Shown: in pieces, positions 33,601-45,145 of the stretch | How the letters are laid out: each line of letters opens with the position of its first letter | Numbering within the stretch: the first letter of the stretch is position 1 | NCBI GenBank assembly: GCA_963575745.1 | Contig: CAUYUJ010000174.1 | Coordinates: 62,001 to 117,216, forward strand | Source of the DNA: Prorocentrum cordatum | Lineage: Eukaryota | DNA length: 55,216 nt | Direction: 5' to 3' | Notes under the pieces: generated by a model | What the model was told of the DNA's origin: nothing | Database searches by the model: none | What the model saw: the letters and a program-made list of their open reading frames with translations, nothing else | Position numbers and translations under genes: made by a program

Positions 33601-35437
33601 GGACCCCGCCATCTTCCATCGCGTCAATATTTTTGAGATGTGGTTCGAGCTGGTGGAGACCCAGCCGCACCTCAGGAATGGGATCGAGCTCGCCTGGCCC
33701 AAGGTGGTCGCCAAGCTCCAGCGGCCCAGGCGGTGGAACAATGTGGTCAGCCATCTCAGTGCCGTTGTGGCCACTCTCCTCGGCCTGGGGTGGCAGCCCG
33801 ACTCAGCCTGGGCCTGGACAAGCCCAGTCGGCCAGGTTTTTCGAGTCCGACCTGGGAGTCTCCAGGAGCAAGACTATTTCATGTGCAGATTCCAGCAGTT
33901 CCTCCACCACCGAGTCTGGAGTGGGGCCCAAGGGGGACACGCAGCAGGAGGGGTACAGGATGGAATCGATATCAAGAGTTCGCGGTGGCAGATCGAACGG
34001 GAGTATCGCGACGGACAGGAGAACCTCGCGAAGGCGCTCAAGGCAGTTTGTGCTCGTTCAGCCTGGAGCCCCAGGCGACGCTTCGAGGCAGGCTTAGCAG
34101 ACGACTCGGTTTGCCCGTTGTGCGGAGACCATCACTGCGATGATTATCACAAGTTCTGGGGGTGCCCGCTCCTTTTCCAGGCCGAGCATCCCCTCATTCA
34201 GGAAACAGAGGACCTAGTGGACACCGCTCAAGGGGACGACCAGCCAGCTTGTCTGTGGCTCCGAGGGCTCATTCCAGCAGGTCTCGCTCTGAAGGCTGTA
34301 GAAGACACCACACCTCAGCACCCCGTCCTACTTGGGACTGGCGCTTTCCTGGACCCTCCTGAGCCGAGGGGCGGTTGGCGCCTCGGTTCGGTGGATGGCT
34401 CAGGGGGTGCTGTCTCTTCCGATCCCCGCCTGAGGCGTGTAGGATGGGGTGCGGGGGTCTGGGATGAAGATTTAAACCTCCTTGGCACTCTCCGAGGGAA
34501 TGTCATAGGGCTCCAGACCATCAATCGGGCTGAGCTCAAAGGGGCCATCGAGCTCCTCAGGCACACCCAGGGCGACCTTATAGTGGTCACCGACTCGGCC
34601 TACCTCATCCGTGGGTACCACAGGGGTCCCCGTAGGCGAGCTCGTTCCAATCGTAGGCTCTGGGCCGAGCTTTGGAGGGTCCTAGGGGCTCGCACGGGCC
34701 AGCATCGGTGTCTTAAAGTAAAGAGCCATGCCACGGACACTGAGGTCCGCGCCCGTTTTCCCGCCTGGGCCCTGTATGTGAATGAACAGGCCGACGGATT
34801 CGCTGGACAGGCTGCCGCCTCTGCCGCCGTGCCCCAGGACCTGGTCGACCGAGTGCTGGCATTGGACACACTCGCAGAGCAGATCCGAGGGCGATTGGCC
34901 GCTGTCCAGATGATGTGGTGGACCCACTACCCAGTAGAAGAGGCTCCTGCTGAAACCAAGAGAGCTCAGCGTAAGGAGCGGAGTGACAAAGCTTTCCAGC
35001 ACCTTTTAGAGGTGACCGCTCACTGGCCCGAGGTCCGCGATGACCAGGTTTCCTCCGTCAGGTGCGGCAAGCAGACCCACAGGAGGTGCTGCGCTCGCTG
35101 GCTCAAGCTCCCTTGCCCCGCCGCCAGGCCCGCGGCGCGAGCGCAGGAGCCCTCCAGAGCCGCGAGTTCGTCACAAGACATCGGGCAGGAGGCGGCCCTC
35201 CCTGCCGCTGGAGGCCCGCCCCCCATCCATCCTAGCCACCGACCCCACCTCGCCGTCTGCCGTGGGGTCCTCTGGTGTCGGAGGTGTGGGTGCTGGAAGG
35301 TTCGGGCCTCCAGGAAATTCAAAGAGCAGTGCGCCCCACCCCGCAACAGTCAGGGTGGGGGGCACAAGGCCATTTTGAAGCTCACCAAGGAGCAGCTCCC
35401 CCCAGGCCTCAAGGAATGGCCCCGAGGGAGCTCGTGA
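30656..35437 (+). CDS. LINE A ORF2 polyprotein: APE endonuclease, RT, zinc finger, RNase H, C-terminal Cys/His motif
   Basis: LANITSW, FSEMH, GGDWN, RVIDFYV; LDLEKFY, ILAGC, TWVDD; CPLC..H.FWGCP; VDGS, TINRAEL, VTDS, KVKSH, NEQAD; HPSH..WCRRCG. Start taken at the first ATG after the ORF1 stop (uncertain). Confidence 0.95.
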   Translation: MFTNDQPIASFTSLVISQPDDIISLSDSSESDLVSFDPSVVCVSAAGDAGHQDDQDGRGEQGGEPLMLYLANITSWHKKARDYVQSSDFARPHVIMFSEMHVQRDKLRDVHKFMKKQGDRSYVCPAVRTSATGSHGGVGLFALRSLCSHARIMGAKGRDQPLYGGQGWTACHLRLRGHSLILVSTYLQSDAGYNEYNTQVTSQIATFLRAHKLPFIIGGDWNMTGKQLMEGGLWVKTIGGVLVEPKVDSTCNGRVIDFYVVSEKLGRLMQVTPDRTSPWRPHLGLRGEFQVEVRSKHSTYPEEAPDVNMLGAAPRPWDELQVLALQKFPEAPEVLHPVAQAHVDDTLTHRFAVLSQALEWWRSVPDLGGPTRAQPFRLETRAAFKPNPPEPRGGPESRRWSTIQQRVRERDLARKRDPTGPNHRRLQRLIEATVVDLDWDSNLADDQQWALWHSLRERSSEPFPLHDLLEQQVQFYETRALKQAQDGFADWLETSIKRGGGAAHAFTREMEVEVTPEEADNLVLEEEVLMDPSDILEAKSEFWQQYWDPQKIQATNPISAPWIQEIREEAMEDKALEAPWTEEEVLKAIRSFPGHSATGMDQWRVRDFVRLPGPGLTELTSMLNTIEENQSMPAQCLGNLAALKPKTATADRPITPTTSLYRLRMRMRRGEIGKWEAAKAGHWDAAIKGSSCLRAGIVSELFAEVGTELQIKVVEGLLDLEKFYGTILTHVLAAKAKKVGYPSICLSMGIMTHLAVRYLTAEMGVSHPIIPQRSILAGCGQRVVWTRVLLHDLLHQAHLRFSRLTLRTWVDDLRARMVGSAASLLQSFPEAMKFIKAGLVDLGCRLSPKSALLSNDNDIRNQVQDSCKLHGIPLQTKLGTRDLGLDSTVGKRRYLKARRARQRLGFKRHKNIKRLLRVTKSAHRLYRAGAKPQLHWGLEGHGVSPTELSQHRRAAGAALGTSKPGSCLTAGLHQSKLPPEALDPAIFHRVNIFEMWFELVETQPHLRNGIELAWPKVVAKLQRPRRWNNVVSHLSAVVATLLGLGWQPDSAWAWTSPVGQVFRVRPGSLQEQDYFMCRFQQFLHHRVWSGAQGGHAAGGVQDGIDIKSSRWQIEREYRDGQENLAKALKAVCARSAWSPRRRFEAGLADDSVCPLCGDHHCDDYHKFWGCPLLFQAEHPLIQETEDLVDTAQGDDQPACLWLRGLIPAGLALKAVEDTTPQHPVLLGTGAFLDPPEPRGGWRLGSVDGSGGAVSSDPRLRRVGWGAGVWDEDLNLLGTLRGNVIGLQTINRAELKGAIELLRHTQGDLIVVTDSAYLIRGYHRGPRRRARSNRRLWAELWRVLGARTGQHRCLKVKSHATDTEVRARFPAWALYVNEQADGFAGQAAASAAVPQDLVDRVLALDTLAEQIRGRLAAVQMMWWTHYPVEEAPAETKRAQRKERSDKAFQHLLEVTAHWPEVRDDQVSSVRCGKQTHRRCCARWLKLPCPAARPAARAQEPSRAASSSQDIGQEAALPAAGGPPPIHPSHRPHLAVCRGVLWCRRCGCWKVRASRKFKEQCAPPRNSQGGGHKAILKLTKEQLPPGLKEWPRGSS

Positions 35438-36644
35438 GCCCCAATAGTCCCCCTATCGTGTAGGGATCGAGACTGTCCGATGGGGCGCGCGCGCGGAGGA
35501 GGAGGAGGAGGAGGAGGACCGAGGAGGAGGAGGACCCGACGCGAACTGGACGCCGCCGCGCGGTGCGCTTAGACGGGCACACATCGAGGAAGAGGAGGAG
35601 GAGGAGGAGGAGGAGGAGGAGGAGGCGGTAGGAGGAGGAGGAGGAGGAGGAGGAGGAGGAGGAGGAGGAGGAGGAGGAGGGATGAGCACGGGGAGGGGAG
35701 TCAAACCAATAAACATCAACGATGCTGCAACGCACCTTGCCGTGACAAAACCCCGTCACAAGCCCGTCAAGTGTATACAAAGATAGACAAGACTGAGATT
35801 GGCGCTTCGCGCCATGCACTTTGGTCCTTGAGGTATGGCATGCAAGCAGGAGGGCAACAAAATAAAACGAAACACGGCATCGCCGTTGTAATGATGGTAT
35901 TCGTTATCCTTCCCTCATGTTTCCTCCTCCTCTTCCTCATTCCCGCCCTACCCTGCGACTTCGTCCCCATCGTCTGCTCTTGTTGCGGAAGCTCATCCTG
36001 GGATAGCCTCTTGGGGGCCTTACGAAAAAATTGAAAGGCTTGTTGGGGCCTTCTGGAGGCCTCCTAGGTTCCTTCTGGAGGCCTCTGGTGGCTTCACTGG
36101 GCCACCCTGCTTCCAACCGCGGTCTCCCTGAACGACTGGGTCACGATTTGGAATGATTCGGGGGCGTCTTCGGGCCATCTTGGGCCGTCATGGGGCTCTC
36201 TGCGGGCCATCTTGGGGCCCTGTTGGGCCGTCTTGGGGCTCCTCGTGGGCTGCCTGCCCTCTTGGTTGAACTTGAACCGATCCTCTGGCCTCCTGGGCGG
36301 TCTCGTACGCCCAGAAAGCATCCCTCCAATCATGCAAAAACAATAGGACAATCCACGCTTTTGGCGTTTCGAGTGCCTCTTGGGGGTCTTCTGTGGGTCG
36401 TCTTCGGGCGTCGGGTGAGTGTCTGGGGCCTCTGTGGCCCCTCGCGGGGCCGCTCGGCCGCCCTCCTGACCGATTTGGGCCCGTTGCCTAAGCCCAGCAG
36501 TGCTTCAGAAGCCCCGGAAAGCACATGGGGACCGTCTGCAAGAGGCATCCAGGGTGCCCCCGGGGCCAAGGATCCGGGGGGGGTACCGATCATGGGAGAC
36601 GGGTTTGCAGGGTCCCAGATCATAGAAGCATGGCACAGGGAATC

Positions 36645-36711
36645 GATATATATATATATATATATACACATACATACAACATTCACGTGTGTGTATACAT
36701 ATAGCTATGTG

Positions 36712-36757
<46 letters not shown>

Positions 36758-36790
36758 GCATATACATATATATATATACGCATGTATAAT
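36645..36790. repeat. (TA)/(TATG)-type microsatellite; similar tracts at ~39920-40012, 45050-45148, 46265-46400, 50535-50565, 50885-50937
   Basis: Direct reading. Confidence 0.92.
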
Positions 36791-37187
36791 ACCCCTTCGC
36801 GCTCTGGGGGGGCGCCCCCTCAGACGACCAGGGGCGCACGGGCCTGCCGTAGGCAGAAGCCCCGCTTGGAACCGGAGGTGCCCTGCGCCAGCCTTGAAAC
36901 CTGCAGACATGCCCAAGTGCAGAAACAGAACGTTCCGAGCACATGTGAAATTATGGCCCCGCTGTGCAAAGGACCGGAACCGCCCTCCCACCGCGCGGCC
37001 GACGCAAGCTCTCAGGACCCAGTCCGTACGACCTGGAGGAATCTCGCACGAGAGCCCTGGGCAGGAACCGCCATCCACCAGTGTGACTGCAGCACGTGCG
37101 CTCTGGGGGGCAACTACTGGGAGGCTTTCGCTGGACAAATAAAAAAGATTAAGCCCAATTTGGGAGCTGTTACGCTGGAGTGGGCCT

Positions 37188-37312
37188 CGGATTAAGCAAG
37201 ATTAAGCCAGATTAAACAGGATTGAACGGGATTACGCCGGATTAAGCGGGATTTAGCCGAACGGGATTAAGCCGGATTAAGCGGGATTTAGCCGGATTAA
37301 GCCGGATTACGG
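37188..37312. repeat. (GGATTAAGCC)n 10-bp minisatellite
   Basis: Direct reading. Confidence 0.85.
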
Positions 37313-40300
37313 ACCAGGGCTAAATCAGAATTTGACCTCCCAGGAGTTGCATCCGAACATGCGTACCTGTCTGGAGGTCACAGTCCGAAAGAGATCCTGG
37401 GCGAGAGCCGCGATGCGACAAGGAGCCGCCCCTCCGCTCGTGCAAGAGGCGCTGCAGTTGACCAAACGCACGCCGCCGGACGTCTGGGCCCGAGAAGGGG
37501 GGGGGCTGCCCTGTGGAGGCGGGGGAGGGCCACGGGACCTAACAGACGCTGGTGTCCGAGGAGGAGGAGGAGGAGGAGGAGGAGGAGGAGGAGGAGCAGG
37601 AGGAGGAGGAGGAGGAGGAGGAGGAGGAGGAGGGAGGAGGAGAGGCGGAGGAGAGGAGGAGGAGGAGGAGGCAGCAGGAGCAGGAGGAGGAGGAGGAGGA
37701 GGAGGGAGGAGGAGGAGGAGGAGAGGGAGGAGGAGGAGTAAGGAGGAGGAGGAGGAGGAGAGGAGGGGAGAGGGAGGGGGATGCGGAGAGAAGGAGGAGG
37801 AGGAGGAGGAGGAGGAGGAGGAGGAGGAGCGCGAGTGAGGAGGAGGAGGGGCAGTAGGAGGAGGAGGAGGCGGAGGAGGCGGAGGAGGAGGAGGAGGAGG
37901 AGGAGGAGGAGGAGGAGGAGGAGGATGGAGGAGGAGGAGGAGGAGGAGGAGGAGTAGGATGGAGGAGGAGGCAGGAGGAGGAGGAGGAGGAGGAGGGAGA
38001 GGCGTGAGCGAAGGAGGAGGAGGAGGAGGAGGAGAAGGGAGGAGGAGGAGGAGGAGGAGGGAGGAGGAGGAGGAGGAGGAGGAGGAGTAGGAGGAGGAGG
38101 AGGACGAGGACGAGGAGGAGGAGGAGGAGGAGGAGGAGGAGGAGGAGGAGGAGGAGGAGGAGGAGGAGGAGGAGAGGGAGGAGGAGGCAGGAGGAGGAGA
38201 GAGGAGCCCGGCCGCCGAGGGTCGACGCGTGACTGGTGCGCAGGCGGGCTCAGGCACCGATGGCGACGGGGCTCTCCTCCCTGGGAAGGGTGCGCACGCC
38301 AAGCACCAGTCGGCACCCAGGCCCAGATGGCGGTAGGTGCAGGAAGGAAGCGGCGGGGTAGAGCACTTTTCCTCCGCTGGCCAGGCGGCGCCACCGCAGC
38401 GAGCGATCGCACGGGGCCCCAGCCATCTTGAACTCCGCCAGGCGGTGCAGGCGGGAGGGAGGCTGCCCACGGCGAGCAGCTTGCAGGGAAAAGCGCCCGG
38501 CTCAACGGAAGGGCGACCGAGGCCAGCACATGCAGCGTGCAAGGATGCGAGGCAGGGTCTACTTTTTGACTCGGCGGCGCCAGCGGATGCTGGCGCGATC
38601 GTCGGTTCGGGCGGGCCACGCCCAGCGAGTAGCGCAGGAGCGGGTGGAAAAAGAGAGGGGAGGAGGAGGAGGAGGAGGAGGAGGAGGAGGAGGAGGAGGA
38701 GCGAGGAGGAGGAGGAGGAGAGGAGGAGGAGGGGGGAGGAGTAGGAGGAGGAGGAGGAGGAGCAGGAGGGGGAGGAGGAGGAGGAGGAGGCAGGAGGAGG
38801 AGGAGGAGGATGGAGGAGGAGGAGGAGAGGAGGAGGGGGAGGAGGAGGGGGGAGGAGGACGAGGAGTAGAGGAGGAGGAGGAGGAGGAGGAGGAGGAGGG
38901 GGAGGAGTGGGAGGAGGAGGAGGAGGAGGAGGAAGAAGGAGGGAGGAGGAAGGAGGGAGGAGGAGGAGGAGGAGGAGGAGGAGGAGGAGGAGGAGGAGGA
39001 GGAGGATTGGAAGGAGGGAGCGGGAGAAGTCCGACCGCCGAGGGTCGACGCGTGAGTGGTGCGCAGGCGGGCCCAGGCACCGAACTCGGGTGTGCAGCAA
39101 GGTCAGGGTACACGGAGGTACACAGAGGTACACAGTCAGGGGGACGTAAGACCTGGGTACAGGGAACTCGGAAATCCCCGACGAGGTCGTCAAAAAAAAG
39201 ACGAGGCCGAGCCTGCATTTTGACGAGGCCTCCCGCTGCAGACATCCCACGAAACTCCTCCTCGTCAAAATCCGAGGCGCGGTCGTCAAAAAACGATGGC
39301 GAACCCGAGTCCTGGCAAACCCGGGTCTTACGCTCCCCCGACACAGGGGTACAGAGAAGAGGTAAACACTGTCCCCCGACCATGTCTTGAGCATTTCTGA
39401 ATATTCCCCCTGTAGGGGGACATGCCCTTTGAGCAGGGACCGACCGTCCCGGCATTCCTGTAGTCCTACCACGAAATGCTCTTAGAACCCAAAGATGTGC
39501 TAGGAACAACAACAAGGTTCGTAGAACATAAACCCGATGTGGTAAAACAAGACAGTCCCCGCCAGAAATGTTCCAAGAACATTTCGTGCAAACCACAAAA
39601 GGTTCTAAGAGCATTCTTTCGTAGGCCTACAGGGACGCCAGGACGCCTCGCGCACGCATTAGGCCAAGCTCTGCAGGGGCAAGCGGAGGTGCTCCGGACG
39701 GCGCCGCTGCCGCGGCGGCAGCGGGCCACGAGTTAGAAAGAGAGACGTAGAGAGAAAGACCGGCGGAGGCCATCGTGGCCGCATCGCGCGCGCAAGGCCT
39801 TCGCCTGATCCTCGTTCAGCGTGGACAGCACTCCGTATATGACGGGAACCTGGCCGATGGGGTAGGGTGAAAGAGAGAGAGAGAGAGATAAAGGGGTGAT
39901 ATTGCATGCCTATGTTCTACATATATATACATACATGTGCAAACATGTGTAGACACACACATATATATATATACACATACACAAATATATACATACATAT
40001 ATATATATATATGAAAATGGAGAGGCCGGATGGTCTTTCACCGTCCCTGTGGGCGTGGTTGGAGTGGGGTTCCGCGGGGCGGATTGGTGTTGTTGCGTTG
40101 TTGTTGTCGTCGTCGCCATCGTCGTCCTCTCAGAGCGAGGAGGCCGAACGGTCATTCGCTGTCCCTGGGCGCGTGGCTGATTTGGGGCTCTGCGATGCGG
40201 ATTCCTGTGGTTGCGTTGTTGTTGAACTCGACTACTGAAAAATGATGAATGTTGATCCCCTCACTCCGGCGCACATTGCATGTTTTTACTGAAGTGCCCC

Positions 40301-40369
40301 TCCTGGGCACCCTGTTTTATAGCAGGGAAAATCGTGAAGCTCAAATTGGCCCCCTGGCCCCGAACTACT

Positions 40370-40414
<45 letters not shown>

Positions 40415-41173
40415 CCAACAACAACGGCTCTCGCCTGATACTTCCTCACAATCTATTAAGCCCCCCGCTCCCGCTTGAAACTTCCGCCTGCCTGACCCGC
40501 CCGGTAAGGCCCGCAGTCACCCCTCGCTGCTTTTCGCCCGTTCCGATGCCCCTCGCTGGGATGTGCAGAGACATAATAATACAATGTCCTCCTTGGAGGC
40601 GCGCGTCCGACCCGAACATATAGTATACCCATCTTGTAGTATGTCGTTTCCCGAGCGGTGTGGCCAGAAAACGCCCGCCACGACGCATGTACTATAAGAT
40701 TTCTCGGTGCGCGCGTCGCCCCTGGGGGCGCGGCGACGCACATATAGTATAAGTATGCTGAGGTGACGCCGACTCGCTGCCCCTCGCGCTTCCGCAGTCG
40801 GATTTGAGGGCCCCGCCGCTGCCTTCGTGGCCCTCGATGCCTCTTGTGGCCCCGCGACTTGAGCCCCTGGATGCCCTTCGTGGCCCCGCGGTCGCCTCTC
40901 GTAGCCCCATCCCTGACCTTCAGGGACCCGATGTAGCTCTTCGTGGCCCTCTCGCTGCCCTTCCTGGCCCATGTGCACCATTCGGTGGCTCCCTTCCGTT
41001 TAAGGCTGCGCCAAGTACGCGTGGCAGGGGAGAAATATATCCTCCTTGTTAACAGGGGCACGATCGAAGACGAACAGGGCGGGTATCCAGGGCTTGGGAA
41101 ACACATGTTCGTTGACACGCGCGCGTTTTAGAGGGAACAATATGAACATGACTGTTGTTGTGGTGGTGGCTGC

Positions 41174-41215
<42 letters not shown>

Positions 41216-41794
41216 ATGTCGTCCTCGCCCGCGACCCACCCGCGACTCACCCTGCCCCCGCCCCTTTTCATTCTTATCCGCAACTGCGGGGTGCTACGTG
41301 TGTGTGTGTGTGTATGTCTGTATATGTATATACACTTTCATACGAGAGAGCGCATTTCACGGGCACTTGCCTTGGGAACTTTTGACGCGTTTCGAAAGGG
41401 GGAGGGCCCCCCCCACTATTCGGCGCCATCGATCAGAAGCAGGGGGCTCCCCTCCCCCCTAACAACCCCCTCCCCGACCCCCCCCCCCCCCCTGGCGCCA
41501 GCGCCGGCGCCGGCGCTGGCGGCGGCCAGCAGCGCCGACGGCGGGGATGCAGCGACGATGACCAGAGAGGGCCCAGAGGCGGCAGATGGAAATCAAAAGT
41601 CCGGATGTCAAACCCTCGCCCCCCAAAAGCAAACGGGAGGCTCTTAGGAAGGTCCAAGAGACGCCCAAGAGGCGCCCAGGAGGCTTCACAAATGCTCCCC
41701 AGACGCCCCCGAGACACCTCTGACGACACCCCAAGAGGCATCCATTAAAACTCTGACCCAAAACCAAGGCACGGTGGCGGGAAGACCCGAAGGC

Positions 41795-43128
41795 CACACC
41801 ACCACCAGAAACCACCACACCACCACCACCACAACCACCACCACCACCACAACCTACCACCACCGCAACCACCACCACCACAAACCACTACACCACCACC
41901 ACCACCGCCACCACCACCACCACAAACCACCACAATCAACCACAACCACCACCACCACCACCCAGCACAAACCACCACACCACCACCACGACAACCACCA
42001 CCGCCGCCACCACCACCACAACCCACCACCACCACCACAAACCAACACACCACCACCACTACCACAACCACCACCGCCACCACCACCACTACCACCACCA
42101 CCTACCACCCACGACCACCATCGGCAGCATCACCACCACCAACACAACAGCCCACCACCACCACCACCAAAACAAACCACCACGCCACCACCACCACCAC
42201 CAGCACCAGCACCAGCACCAGCACCAACACCACCACAACCCACCACCACCACCAAAAACCACCACACAACCACCACCACAGCCACCACCACCACCACAAC
42301 AACCCACCACAACCACAAAAACCCACCACCACAGCCGCCACCAAACAACCCACCACCAACCCACCATCATTACACCAACACAACCACCGCAATCCACCAC
42401 ACCACCACCACCACCGCCACAACCACCACCACCACGACCACCACCACAACCCACCACCACCACCACAAACCACCACACCACCAGCACCACCACCACCGCC
42501 CGCCACACAACCACCACCACCACCACCAAAACAAACCACCACGCCACCAGCACCACCACCACCGCCACAACCACCACCTGTAACACCACCACAACCTACC
42601 ACCACCACCACCACCACCACCACAAACAAACAAACCACACCACTACCGCCACCTACACCACCACCACCGCCACTACCACCACCACCACCTCCACAACCAA
42701 CGACCACCACCACCATTGCCACCACAACAACCACCACCAAGCACCATCACCACAACCACCACCATCGCTACCGCCACCAGCATCACCACAACCACCACCA
42801 CAACCACCACCGCCACAACAAACCACCACCACACCACCACCACCACCACCAAAACAAACCACCACGCCACAACCAACTACCACCACCACAACCACCACCA
42901 CCACAACAACCACCACAACCACCACCACAAACCACCACACCACCACAACCACCACCACCGCCACCACCACCATCACCACCACAACCTACCACCACAACCA
43001 CTACCACCACCACAACCACCACCACAAACCACCACACCTCTACCGCCACCACCACCACCCCCACAACTCACCACCACCACCACCACAAACCACCACACCA
43101 CCACCACCACCACCACCACCACTACCAC
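41795..43128. repeat. 1.3-kb degenerate (ACC/AAC)n microsatellite
   Basis: Direct reading. Confidence 0.95.
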
Positions 43129-43139
43129 GGGAAGGGCAT

Positions 43140-45113
43140 TGGCTGGCGCCTCGGTGCGTCCGCACTAGCGCGCGCATGCTCCCACACTGGCGGCCAGCCA
43201 ATATTGCGCGACCGACGCTGCCGCGGTGGCGCTAACCACCGCTTGGACCTTTCCCAGCGCGTCTTGCAGGCCGCGCTGGCGCGCGCGCGCATCAGTGCGA
43301 GTCGGTTGCTCGGGCGGGCACCGTATCTGGGCGACGTCGACAACGGCAGACACGATGATCGTAGTCGCAATGCTGGTGGGAATTGTGACAACGACGACGG
43401 AAAAAGGGCAATGACGGCGCCGATGCTGATCACGCCAATGGCGATGATGGTGTCCTCGCGTCCGTGATGGAGGTGTTGTAAGGATTTCGACGTGCGCGCG
43501 CGGTCGACGCGGGCGAGTGGCCCGCATGGTATCGTTGGACAAGGATCGTGCCCCACCAGCGCGGGCGCAAGGGCGCCCGAGTGATTTCGACATGCGCGCG
43601 CGAGACGCACGTTTGGTAGCATTCGATGAACGTGTGGAAAGAAAAGCACGGTTTTCTCAAGAGCCCGCAAGGCCGCGAGCGCAAACGAGTTTGTTGGGCA
43701 TTTCCTGTTGCGAAGCCGCTGGCTCTGCATATGCTTCGGAACGCTCGATGTCAAAATCCGTATGACACCTTCGGCTGTTGAGAGATTTTGGCACGCGCGC
43801 ACGCACTTCGCCTCACCTTTTGCGAGGGATTCTCGCAACAGCACGCGCGCAAGGGCGTTCGACTGATTTCGGCACGCGCGTGCGAGAGGCACGTTTGGTC
43901 GCATTGGATGGAAATGTTTTTTCTCCGAAGAACGGATGGTTGTTCATGAAGATTGCGAGAGCTGGCTTTGTTTTGCAAGCTCCTGTTGCGAAACCGTTGT
44001 TTTGTATCTACTTTCGGCGCAATCGACTTCGACATCCTTGCGCAACCTATAATTTTGAGCGGTTCCAGGATGCACACGCGACAACGCGCGCGCATGCACT
44101 TCGTTGAGTTTTCGGCAAGGGGCTCTTGAAACATGATCTTGGGGAACGAAGAAATGCGTGGGCATTGTCTCATGTGACTGGGATGGCGGGGGGGGGCGGC
44201 AAGCTGGGGCGGCATGAATCCGCGTGGAAAACTAATGAGGAAACGGAACTATGCGCAAATTGCATTGCGCGAGGCCGGGCGAATGATCCCCGCCTCGGCA
44301 GGGTGGTGGAATCGAAGCTTTTCACAGGAAGGATACTTCACCCTGTCGAACTTGAGGTTACCAACTCCACTGCTCATGCAATCTACCCGCCCGCCCACGC
44401 GCAACTTGATTTGCAAAACCCACGCGGCGGCGATTGCGATGGCTGCTCGGCGCTGGCTGGCACCTCGCTGCGGCCGCGCTGGCGCGCAGGCTCGCGCGCA
44501 AAGCGGCCGGCTAGTCTGGCGCGACCGACGCGGCCGCGGTGGCTCTCATCGCCTGGGGCTTCCCAGCGCGTCTCGCAGGCCGCGCTGGCGCGCGGGCACT
44601 TCAGCGCGAGTCGGTGACTCGGGCGGGCGCGGTATCATGGCGACGTCAAAAGCGGCAGACGCGGCGATGATAGGCGCCGCTGGCGACGACGATGACGATG
44701 ACGACGGCCAAGCCAATGACGGCGCCGATGCTGATCACGCCGATCTTGATGACGATGCCAGCGCGTCGGAAATGATGGCTTTGAACAGATTTCGACACGT
44801 GCGCCCGAGTGGCCCGCTTGGTCTCATTCGACAGGGATCGCGCCCCACCACCCGCACCCAGCCCAGCGCGCGCGCGTGGGGCCCGAGAGGCCCGTTGGGT
44901 CATATTTGGTGAAAGTCATGCAACATCTTCGGCTTTTGAAGGAATCGCAAGTGCGGGCGCAAATATTTTCTGAAAGTCACGTTGCAAATCCATGCGTCTT
45001 TGATTCGATTCGGGACAGTCGACTTTGACATCCTTGCGAAACTGAGCCTTATATATACATATACATACATACATACATACATACATACATACATACATAC
45101 ATACATACATACA

Positions 45114-45145
<32 letters not shown>

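Larger units (their letters stand above)
29581..35494 (+). mobile_element. Full-length non-LTR retrotransposon with two open ORFs (LINE A)
   Basis: Starts GGCTCAAG (SL 3' end) directly after (GGA)n; ORF1 and ORF2; short 3' UTR followed by (GGA)n. Confidence 0.95.

Noticed and set aside
37325..39472. 715-aa ORF and the many other poly-P/S/L/E/G/R ORFs in the track
   Set aside because: (GGA)n and (ACC)n tracts lack stop codons; there is no domain signal.
40456..41131. Unique-looking stretch with several 60-220 aa ORFs
   Set aside because: No recognisable motif or consistent frame; it may hide exons, but none can be supported.
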